A DNA stretch of 64,000 bases from Victivallales bacterium (GTDB lineage Bacteria > Verrucomicrobiota > Lentisphaeria > Oligosphaerales > Oligosphaeraceae), in contig JAFZAB010000167.1 in NCBI GenBank assembly GCA_017548425.1, positions 2,202 through 66,201 on the forward strand, given 5' to 3'. A program made the position numbers and the translations under genes. Under the pieces are notes generated by a model that did no database searches, was not told where the DNA came from, and worked only from the letters and a program-made list of their open reading frames with translations. Positions 1 to 8,141 of the stretch are shown piece after piece (within the stretch, counting starts at the first letter, position 1; each line of letters opens with the position of its first letter).

Positions 1-1347
1 ACCCGCCGCCGTATCCCGTTCATAGACATTGTTCAACGTATTGTTGTCATGGATATCCAGAACGGCAGTCGTCGCAAACACGACTTTATTGCCGTCATCA
101 CTGACGGCGATTCGCTCAAATGTCGCATCCGCCGCGACCACGCCCTGCTTGACATCGACATTGTCGCATCCCGCCCTGTACAGATGTGGAACGGTTGCGG
201 CGGCGACACCTAGATTCGTCGCCGCGCTGGTAAATGTCGCATAACGGCCTTCCGGCGAAATCGCAGGCGTCTCGCAGTCCGCGTTGGACGGCACGCCGTC
301 CAATGCGCTCATGAGCGTCATTTCGTTCCGCAACGAATCATAGACGAAAATCTGCCAATGTTCGCCATCGACGGAATCCGCCGTCAGATTCGTCGCCTTG
401 CTGGCGAACACGACAAAACGTCCGTCAGCCGAACATGCAGGCGAACGGCTGTCGCCATTCGCCGCCAGTCCATCAATGCCTTGGCTGATCAGTTGTGTCT
501 TGAACATGCCGTCTTCATAGACGCCTTTCATGAGCATCGACTTCCCGTTCAAATAACTTGTAAAATAAACGATGTTTCCGTTGTCGGGGCAGGTCACATA
601 ATACGCATGTTGCGTACCATCATCGACTTTCATGACCGCCACGGTATTTTCCGCGCCGTCGTCGCCCGTTTCCGTGAACATCAGCCAGCAATCCTGCTCC
701 TGCCGTTCGAAACGCCACATCCGCTTCCCTTCATAATCCAAGGCAATGCCGCGGTAAAGTTCCGCCGTGAAATCATCCGTCTCCTTCACCGTATTCGTCC
801 AATTGCCATCGCTCCCCCGTGTAAACACATTCATCTCATGCGACGCGATTTGCGCCACCACAACCTTTCCGTTGCCACTGGCTGCAAGTCGCATGACGGC
901 CAATTCTTCTTCCGATTGCAACTTGCCCTGCAACGGAAGGCCTTCCACCATCAGGGCATAAACGCCCGCGCTATCATCGGAAACATACAGAAAAGCATTT
1001 TCATTGAAGGTTGAAATCGTCCCGTAAAGGCCACGATGCCCCATCGCAAACACATTCCAATTGTTATTGGCCTGCGCTCCAATATATGAAGCAATATATC
1101 CGTGACGCACGATGCCAATCCTGCCGTCAACATCAATCAATGTCGCCGTATAGGCCGTATTTCCGGAAGTCGGATTCCGTCCAATATACAACACACGTCC
1201 GTCATCCAGCGGCATGGCCTCACGTGAATACCATGTGTCATTCCGCAGAATTCCGCCTGATCCATTTGGCAAAACAGCGCCAATCGGACTCAAGGAAGCC
1301 CCATGCAAAAACAATGGGAGCAATGCTATCAACAATAATTTCTTCAT
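1..1347 (-). CDS. Secreted PD40/TolB-like beta-propeller repeat protein (C-terminus lies beyond the window start)
   Basis: Absent from the ORF track because the frame stays open to the window edge. My translation from the ATG at 1347 gives a signal peptide (MKKLLLIALLPLFLHGASL), with an AAGGAA box just upstream. PD40-type repeat motifs recur: SADGRFVVFASKATNL, SPEGRYATFTSAATNL, SDDGNKVVFATTA. I saw no in-frame stop down to position 1. Confidence 0.6.
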   Translation of the reverse strand, partial: MKKLLLIALLPLFLHGASLSPIGAVLPNGSGGILRNDTWYSREAMPLDDGRVLYIGRNPTSGNTAYTATLIDVDGRIGIVRHGYIASYIGAQANNNWNVFAMGHRGLYGTISTFNENAFLYVSDDSAGVYALMVEGLPLQGKLQSEEELAVMRLAASGNGKVVVAQIASHEMNVFTRGSDGNWTNTVKETDDFTAELYRGIALDYEGKRMWRFERQEQDCWLMFTETGDDGAENTVAVMKVDDGTQHAYYVTCPDNGNIVYFTSYLNGKSMLMKGVYEDGMFKTQLISQGIDGLAANGDSRSPACSADGRFVVFASKATNLTADSVDGEHWQIFVYDSLRNEMTLMSALDGVPSNADCETPAISPEGRYATFTSAATNLGVAAATVPHLYRAGCDNVDVKQGVVAADATFERIAVSDDGNKVVFATTAVLDIHDNNTLNNVYERDTAAG

Positions 1348-1375
1348 GGAGCGTTCCTTTTTGATAGTTACATTA

Positions 1376-1396
1376 AGCATTCAGCATTCAGCATTA
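1376..1396. repeat. Heptamer microsatellite AGCATTC AGCATTC AGCATTA
   Basis: Three tandem 7-mers read directly from the sequence, in the intergenic gap next to the terminator hairpin. Confidence 0.8.
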
Positions 1397-1438
1397 GAAA
1401 AAACAGCCGCCAGCCAAGGGAATCCTTGGGAGGCGGCC
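1397..1438 (-). terminator. Rho-independent terminator downstream of the beta-barrel gene
   Basis: On the minus strand: GGCCGCCTCCCAAGG-attc-CCTTGGCTGGCGGC, followed by TGTTTTTTC. Confidence 0.6.
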
Positions 1439-1465
1439 TAATCCATTCAAACTCTTGATCTTAAC

Positions 1466-2407
1466 TTAGAACTGCACCAAGAATTTCAAGATGGCGCTCC
1501 AAGAATCCAGATTCAAGTTCGCATACTTCGTGTCCGCATGCTTGAAGGCTTCGTCATAACGGATGTCGAACGAAAGACCATAGCTTTCGTTGAACCAGTA
1601 GCTGCTGCCAATCGCCGCATAGAGGCCGAAGATGTAGTCCAAGTCGTTGTCATGACGACCGCCGCTGGAGGACTCCATGTCCGCATAGGACAGGCTGGGG
1701 CCCGCCGCCACATAGAAGTCAAGACCGCTCGCCAAGGTATAACCAAGCTTCAGGCCCAAGTCGATTTCCAGCATCTGGAGATCGAACTTCGTGCGGCCAG
1801 AGCCAGAGAGATAGCCACTGCTGTACACAGCGTAGTCGGGATCCTTGTCCGCGCGGACAATCTGCCCCCAATTGGAGGCATCCGTCCAATAGACCTTCGT
1901 GTGGTACGTCGTTTCACCAATGGAACCGCCTTTGGCGGAGGAAGCCGTGTCCATGTTGTAATACTGCAGGTTGGAGATAACGGCCAACGTCCAGCTGTCG
2001 TTCTGATAAATATCGGCATCCAAAGAGACGACGGGAGCCATGCTCTCCATGTTGCCCCAGCTGCCATGGCCACCGAGATTGTAGCCATTGGAAACCGTGA
2101 TGTTCGCCGTGGCGGGCATGTAGGTGCCGACATTCGTGGCATTGCCGGAAACGATGTGCTGCACGCTGTCAGAAGTGTACGGAGCCATGGAGGTCTGGCT
2201 GTTCGTCCAGATGCCCACGAAGCTGTTCTGTGAAACGCCTTTCAAGCGAACCGTGTGGAAATTGCGGTAGCCGACGCCGACGCCCAGATGGGCACCACCA
2301 ATCGCCACGCTGTTAGTTGAACCAATTTTGGCCGTGTCCTGCGCATAGCCAACCAGGCCGACGAGCATCGCAGCAACCATTAGCGCTGTCAAAACATTCT
2401 TTTTCAT
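1466..2407 (-). CDS. Outer-membrane beta-barrel protein (porin/OmpA-like barrel, family not identified)
   Basis: 313-aa ORF with an AGGAG box upstream and a signal peptide (MKKNVLTALMVAAMLVGLVGYAQD). G/Y/S-rich with an alternating-strand pattern. The C-terminus ...LKFLVQF ends in an aromatic residue, as is typical of OMPs. Confidence 0.6.
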   Translation of the reverse strand: MKKNVLTALMVAAMLVGLVGYAQDTAKIGSTNSVAIGGAHLGVGVGYRNFHTVRLKGVSQNSFVGIWTNSQTSMAPYTSDSVQHIVSGNATNVGTYMPATANITVSNGYNLGGHGSWGNMESMAPVVSLDADIYQNDSWTLAVISNLQYYNMDTASSAKGGSIGETTYHTKVYWTDASNWGQIVRADKDPDYAVYSSGYLSGSGRTKFDLQMLEIDLGLKLGYTLASGLDFYVAAGPSLSYADMESSSGGRHDNDLDYIFGLYAAIGSSYWFNESYGLSFDIRYDEAFKHADTKYANLNLDSWSAILKFLVQF

Positions 2408-2439
2408 CTTGTTCTCCTTGATGTATTATCGTGTATCAG

Positions 2440-5400
2440 TTAATTTCTGCTTTCATTGATCAACAGCGTCTGATAGCTGCCTTGCGCCGTCGGACGAATC
2501 ATAATGTAGTTCGGGCCTTCGTACAGGCTCACGTCATCGCCCGTCAATTCGAGCAGCGTGCCGTCGGCATCCGCCCTGCCCGTGAACAATTGGTATGCCC
2601 ACTGGTTGTACTTCGTATCGAAGTAGATGACGTCATACTTGTACGTCGCGCCGGGCGTCAGATTTTCAGCGTCCAGAAGCAGCGTGTTGCCGGCGCCCAT
2701 ACCGCCCGTGATGACGGCGTTGTTGCCAGCGTTCTTGATAATCGTGAAGAGCATCAGCTCGCTAACGCCGCCGTTGCTCGTCTCGACGAGCCAGCGGTAG
2801 TTGCCAGCCGGCAGGTTGACGACCGCCATGTTGACCGCGATGCCATTGACCGTCTTCACGGCATTGCCGTCGCCGTCAAACACTTTCAGCGTGTAGGAAT
2901 CGGACTTCGCATCGACAGGCCACTTGAAGGTGACATCCATCGCGTTCGTGGCGATGGTCGTCGTCCAGTTCTGCGCGGGATAGAACTCGCCGTCGCCCGG
3001 CCATTCCGTGGCGGGGCTGTCCGTCAAGTCAATCACGAACTCTTCGCTGTTCTCGCTGTATTCACCCATCGGATTGACGCCTTGGGCAACAGCCTTGTAT
3101 GTCTTACCGGATTCCAAGCCAGTCAGCGTGACAAGCGCCGTCGATTCCATCAGTTCGCCGTCGGCGGCAGGACCGAATTCCTGCGCAACCGTCGTCACGA
3201 CGTTGCCGTCAGCATCATAAACCGTCAGAACAAAGCCGCTGGCAAGCGGAGCCGTGACCGTGATGGCGTTGGCGTCAACCGTTCCTTCGATGGTCGGTTG
3301 GCCAGGAGCCGCATAATCCGGAACAACGATGCCGTCCTGTTCCGCACTGCACTCTTCACCGGCTCCGCCCTTCGCCGTCCAATGATAGACGGTCACATCG
3401 CCCGTCACGCCACGTTCAAAGCCTTTGAAGCCGCTGTTGTAATAGGTGGCGGGAGTCAGCACGAACTTGCCTTCGTCGTTCTTTTCCTTCACGACGACAT
3501 CCGTCTGCTCACCGTCAGACGTGATACGGACCATCAGGCCTTCCACGTCGTCGTCACAATTCAAGACAAACGCCGGATACCACGGCGTGCCGCTGACGAT
3601 GACTTTGAAGGTGAACTCAGCCGTCTGCGCGGGATCGCCATCGTCCTGCAACGTGAAGGAAACTGTTCCGGTCGCGCCGTTTTCAGCATTTTCATCGATG
3701 GGGAAGTTGAAGATGATGGTCTTGGCTTCGTTATCGACTTCCGCCGTGGGATCGCCACCCATCAAAGCCTTGCCATCTACGGAACCCGTGTAGGCCCATG
3801 CGGCAAGCGCAAGCTGCTGGGCGGTTTCATCTTCCGGACCAGCGGCGATAGCGAACGAAGCCGTCACGGTAGTACCGACCTGGCTGGGCTGGATGTAAAC
3901 ATCCTGAACCGTCGCCTTCGGCGCGTCGTTCACCGCGGCCACGCTGATTTCGACTTCGACGGCATCCGTTGTCACTTCGCCGTCGCTGACCGTCACGCTG
4001 AAGGTCGGCAGAGCCTCAAGACCTTCCGTATTGTAGTCTTCCGCAGGCGTGAATGTCACGTTGCCGCTCTCCGCGTCATAGGTTAGCGTACCGACCTCTT
4101 CGCCGAAGTTCGGCGTCACCGTGTAAGCCAGCGTGTCAACGCCGTCCACCGCATCGGGATCAATCACCGTTACGAAATCGTTCAGCGCAAAGTCAACAGC
4201 GCCCTGATCTTCCGTGGCTTCCAGTTTCGCGCCTTCGACCTTCGCCAAAGCGGGAACCGTATTGGCGATCGCGATGCTCGCGGCTTCTTCCATATAGTCG
4301 TTTTCGACGTCTTCAGCAGCATAGGGCTTCGTCAGCGCGGCGGCCTTGACCGCAATCGTGTCGCCCTTCTTGAAGTTGGCGGCGGCCAGAACATCGCCAT
4401 CTTCAGCGACTTCTGCGCCATTGACCGTCCAGACAAACTTGTAGCCGATGATGTCATCGCCATCGGGATCAGCGGGCGTTCCATTGACCACTGCGGTCAG
4501 ATCATCTTCCGCCTTCGGCTCAGCAGGATCAAAAGCGATCGTGAAGTCGGCGGGAGCCAAGCGATCCACATCGTTCACGGTAACCGTAAAGGTCTCCGTC
4601 GTGGTGGCGCCGAGAGCGTCCGTCACCGTCGCCGTGACGGTGAACTCCTGGTTGGCGGGACGATCCGCACCGTCCAACGTCGTGTAACCGTTCGTCTTGA
4701 TGACGGCGGAACTCGTCGCGGCGAGCGTGTCCAGACCATCCGTTTCAATCGTATCGATGGTCAGGCCTTCATCGGCGGTCCATTCAATCTTCGTGATGCC
4801 GGCAGGCGTGACTTCTTCGGAATCCGTCGCCGAAATGGCAACCGTGAAGCTGACGGCGTCGCCTTTGTCATCGACTTCGTCAATCGCTTCCGGAGCCGCC
4901 GTCGTGATGGCGATCTCCGCAGGAGGATTCTCGCGGTAGGTGACCGTCAGCGTGTGCTCTTCGCTGTCGTCCGTGCCGTCGTTCACAACGAAGGTGACGA
5001 CGTCCGCGGCATCGTCAAAGAATTCGGTCGTCAAATCCGTGACCGTGTATTGGATGGCGTTGCCGACGACTTCCGCCGTACCCTTCGCGCCCTGCTTCTT
5101 GATGACGATTGTCAAGGCGTCGCCTTCCACATCGCTCATCGGAACTTCAACCGAGCCCGTGCCGTCGCCGCCTTCCAGTTTGCGGATGAACAGCGCGACA
5201 TCTTCAGCCGTCGGGATGTCGTTGACAGACGCGACGCTGATTTCAACCGCGACGGCTTCCGTCGTTTCCGTGCCGTCGCTAACGGCCACGCTGAAGGTCG
5301 GCAGCGTTTCAAGAGCCGCCGTGTTGTAGTTTTCAGCAGGCGTGAAGGTCACGGTAAGAGCTTCCGCGTCAAAGCTGAACGTACCGACTGTCGCATCAAA

Positions 5401-8097
5401 GTTGGGCGTCACCGTATAGGTCAGCGTATCGACGCCGTCCGTCAAGTCAGGATCAGTAATCGTCACAAAATCGGCCAAAGCGTAAACGCCAGCGGCTTGA
5501 TCTTCGGTAGCTTCCAGAACAGCGCCTTTAATCTTCGCAATCGTCGGAACCGTATTGACGATTTCAGCGCTGATTGCTTCGGCCGACGCTTCATTTTCAA
5601 CGGCGTCACCGCCATAGGGGGTCGTCAACGCAATGGCCTTGACAGCGATCGTCTGGCCTTTCTTGAAGTAGCTGTTATCCAGCGTTTCGCCAGTCACATC
5701 GTCGATGGCGGCGCCATCGACGGTCCAAGCGAACTTGTAACCAGTGATCACATCGCCGTCGGGATCGACAGGCGTGCCATTGACCACTGCGGTCAGATTA
5801 TCTTCCGTCTTCGGGGATTCCGGATCGAACGTCAACGTGAAATCAGCAGGAGCGAGACGATCCACATCGTTGACCGTGACCGTGAACTTCTGCGTCGTGA
5901 CGGCGCCCAGAGCGTCTGTCACGTTGGCCGTGACGGTGAACTCCTTGTTGGCGGGACGATCCGCGCCGTCCAGCGTCGCATAGCCGTTCGTCTTGACGAC
6001 AATCGTGCTCGTGGCGGCGAGCGTGTCCAGACCTTCTGTCGTGGTTGAATCAATGGTCAAGCCTTCATCCGCCGTCCATTCGATCGCCGTGATGCCGGCG
6101 GGCGTGACTTCTTCGGAATCCGTCGCCGCGATGGCGATCGTGAAGCTAACAGCTTCACCTTTGTCATCGACTTCGTCAATCGTTTCGGGAGCCGCCGTCG
6201 TGATGGCGACTTCCGCAGGAGGATTCTCACGGTAGGTGACCGTCAGCGTGGCTTCCGCGCTGTCGTCCGTGCCGTCGTTCACGACGAAGACAACCGTGTC
6301 GGCGTCATTGTCAAAGAATTCAGCCGCTTTGTCCGTCACCGTATATTTAATGGTATTACCGTCAACTTCCGCCGTGCCCTTCGTGCCCTGCGTCTTGATG
6401 ACGATTGTCAGTTCGTCTTCATCGACATCGGCCATCGTGATTTCAGCCGTGCCGACACCGTCGCCGCCATCCATCTTGCGGATGAACAGCGCCGCGTCCG
6501 CCGTCGTCGGAGCGGTGTTGCCGATTTCGATAACATTGCTTGCAAATTCCTGCTCGGCGGCGACTTCGTCGCCATACGGCTTCACCGTCGCAACAGCCTT
6601 GATCTGCCAAGCTTCGCCTTTCTTGACAGCCGTCTTCAATTCCAAAGCCGTCTCGCCCGCGACGGCCACGCTGTCGCGATACCACTGGTAGGTGATTTCC
6701 GCCGTGTCGCCGTCATCGTCCGTGATGTCATCGGTGAAAACAGCCGTCAGCTTGCTGCCATAGACGGCGGGATCAGGCGTCGCACTAGCCGCGATGGCGG
6801 ATGCGCCGAAATCCGTAGCCTGGTCAACATCATTGATCGTGACATCGGCATTGGCGGTTCCAATGGAGCCTTCATCGTCGATATTGTCGTCAATCGTCAC
6901 GACCAGAGCGGCCGTCTTGTCTTTTGCAGGATGCGCAACCGCATCAAAACCAACAGGTTCGGTAGCCGTGAAGGTATAGACGGGAGCCGTGCGGGTCGTC
7001 TCGACCTTGCCAGCCGTCCATTCGCCGGCGATGACAGCGCCGTCCAACGTGACAGTCTTCGTGAAAGCATCCCACGCCGTGTCGGGATCTTCGAACGTCA
7101 TCTCAAATGTCAGCGCTTCACCTTCGTTGACATTCAAAGGATCCGTCACGATGGCGATCGCCGGAGCGTCGTTGACGGCATTGACGACGACATTCACGGA
7201 ACCGGTAACAATGGCGGAAGACTCCGAGTTCGAGAGTTCCGTGAAATCCGCGATATAGTTCAGCGTGAAGCTGCCATTATAATCCGGTGCAGGCGTATAG
7301 ACAATCTTGCCATCGACGAAATCGAGCGTGCCGGCAGCCGAATCAATCGGATCAGCATAGACGAATTCGACAGCGTCCGTCGCAACCATCGCTTCGGCTG
7401 CAATATCCCACACTTTGGCCGTGAAGAGAGCCGTATCCGTCGCGTCAATCGCCACGGCTGCATCATCTTCGTTCAGCGTCACTTCCGCGCCATCATTCGT
7501 CACGAAGCTGTAGGAGTTGCGGAGCAGATAGAAAATGAACGTCAGGCCTTCATCATTGTAGTCTGAATAGTTGACTTTGTCAACTTTGCAAGCCGTGACC
7601 TGTCCGAACACGCTCGTGGCCTCCGCCGTCTCGTCCGTGGCGTCGATGTCAACCGCGAACGCGACATCGCAAAGTTTCGCCTTCACGCCGCTTTTCAGTT
7701 TAAGGATCGAGGGGACATTTCCCGCCACGGCAATACTCAGACTAATCGTTAGAACATTGTCGGTGACAGACGTCTTGACAACGGTCTGGCTCTTATCGAT
7801 TTCACCGCCGGACGTCAAGTAGAACAAATCCTTGTTCAGCGTCACGGACGCCGTGGTACCGGCCGTCACGCCATCAGCCATGGTCACACCATCGCCCAAA
7901 GCGATTTTCATAATCAGCTGCGTAACATTTTCGCCTGTCGATGTCACGTAAATGGCCGTTGACGGCGTCGTCGTCGAACTGTATCCCTTCACGACGGTCG
8001 CATCCACAGGATCGAACTCCAGCGTCAACGCCGCGAACGCACCCATGGAGCACGTCACGAAGATGGCTGTCATTAAGTTGAGCAATTTTTTCGTCAT
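2440..8097 (-). CDS. Giant secreted repeat adhesin (cadherin-like / tandem-95-type modules, FN3-like C-terminal modules)
   Basis: 1885-aa ORF with an AGGAG box upstream of the ATG at 8097 and a signal peptide (MTKKLLNLMTAIFVTCSMGAFA). Contains many acidic T/V/D-rich modules of about 95-100 aa ending in VNDAP, VNDIP or VNDVD. Two 432-aa super-repeats lie in tandem. Confidence 0.8.
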   Translation of the reverse strand: MTKKLLNLMTAIFVTCSMGAFAALTLEFDPVDATVVKGYSSTTTPSTAIYVTSTGENVTQLIMKIALGDGVTMADGVTAGTTASVTLNKDLFYLTSGGEIDKSQTVVKTSVTDNVLTISLSIAVAGNVPSILKLKSGVKAKLCDVAFAVDIDATDETAEATSVFGQVTACKVDKVNYSDYNDEGLTFIFYLLRNSYSFVTNDGAEVTLNEDDAAVAIDATDTALFTAKVWDIAAEAMVATDAVEFVYADPIDSAAGTLDFVDGKIVYTPAPDYNGSFTLNYIADFTELSNSESSAIVTGSVNVVVNAVNDAPAIAIVTDPLNVNEGEALTFEMTFEDPDTAWDAFTKTVTLDGAVIAGEWTAGKVETTRTAPVYTFTATEPVGFDAVAHPAKDKTAALVVTIDDNIDDEGSIGTANADVTINDVDQATDFGASAIAASATPDPAVYGSKLTAVFTDDITDDDGDTAEITYQWYRDSVAVAGETALELKTAVKKGEAWQIKAVATVKPYGDEVAAEQEFASNVIEIGNTAPTTADAALFIRKMDGGDGVGTAEITMADVDEDELTIVIKTQGTKGTAEVDGNTIKYTVTDKAAEFFDNDADTVVFVVNDGTDDSAEATLTVTYRENPPAEVAITTAAPETIDEVDDKGEAVSFTIAIAATDSEEVTPAGITAIEWTADEGLTIDSTTTEGLDTLAATSTIVVKTNGYATLDGADRPANKEFTVTANVTDALGAVTTQKFTVTVNDVDRLAPADFTLTFDPESPKTEDNLTAVVNGTPVDPDGDVITGYKFAWTVDGAAIDDVTGETLDNSYFKKGQTIAVKAIALTTPYGGDAVENEASAEAISAEIVNTVPTIAKIKGAVLEATEDQAAGVYALADFVTITDPDLTDGVDTLTYTVTPNFDATVGTFSFDAEALTVTFTPAENYNTAALETLPTFSVAVSDGTETTEAVAVEISVASVNDIPTAEDVALFIRKLEGGDGTGSVEVPMSDVEGDALTIVIKKQGAKGTAEVVGNAIQYTVTDLTTEFFDDAADVVTFVVNDGTDDSEEHTLTVTYRENPPAEIAITTAAPEAIDEVDDKGDAVSFTVAISATDSEEVTPAGITKIEWTADEGLTIDTIETDGLDTLAATSSAVIKTNGYTTLDGADRPANQEFTVTATVTDALGATTTETFTVTVNDVDRLAPADFTIAFDPAEPKAEDDLTAVVNGTPADPDGDDIIGYKFVWTVNGAEVAEDGDVLAAANFKKGDTIAVKAAALTKPYAAEDVENDYMEEAASIAIANTVPALAKVEGAKLEATEDQGAVDFALNDFVTVIDPDAVDGVDTLAYTVTPNFGEEVGTLTYDAESGNVTFTPAEDYNTEGLEALPTFSVTVSDGEVTTDAVEVEISVAAVNDAPKATVQDVYIQPSQVGTTVTASFAIAAGPEDETAQQLALAAWAYTGSVDGKALMGGDPTAEVDNEAKTIIFNFPIDENAENGATGTVSFTLQDDGDPAQTAEFTFKVIVSGTPWYPAFVLNCDDDVEGLMVRITSDGEQTDVVVKEKNDEGKFVLTPATYYNSGFKGFERGVTGDVTVYHWTAKGGAGEECSAEQDGIVVPDYAAPGQPTIEGTVDANAITVTAPLASGFVLTVYDADGNVVTTVAQEFGPAADGELMESTALVTLTGLESGKTYKAVAQGVNPMGEYSENSEEFVIDLTDSPATEWPGDGEFYPAQNWTTTIATNAMDVTFKWPVDAKSDSYTLKVFDGDGNAVKTVNGIAVNMAVVNLPAGNYRWLVETSNGGVSELMLFTIIKNAGNNAVITGGMGAGNTLLLDAENLTPGATYKYDVIYFDTKYNQWAYQLFTGRADADGTLLELTGDDVSLYEGPNYIMIRPTAQGSYQTLLINESRN
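3935..6526 (-). repeat. In-frame tandem duplication, 2 x 1296 bp (2 x 432 aa), diverged copies
   Basis: The LFIRK codons at 5179-5193 and 6475-6489 are exactly 1296 nt apart. Shadow ORFs 4448/5744, 4697/5993 and 4940/6236 are each offset by 1296. By eye the protein copies are roughly 70-75% identical with no indels. Boundaries are approximate. Confidence 0.8.
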
Positions 8098-8141
8098 AGT
8101 CTTTCTTACTCCTTCGCTTGCTAATTATATATAAGGTATGA

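Noticed and set aside
2431-4086. Long ORFs antisense to real genes, e.g. 2431-4086(+), 4954-6048(+), 14405-16561(+), 17096-18352(-), 26623-27522(-), 45630-47705(+), 56265-57137(+), 59339-60493(-).
   Set aside because: They lie opposite genes with clear motifs. Their composition is R/H/Q/G-rich and low-complexity, they lack ribosome-binding sites, and they contain no recognisable domains. These are typical shadow ORFs of moderately GC-rich DNA.
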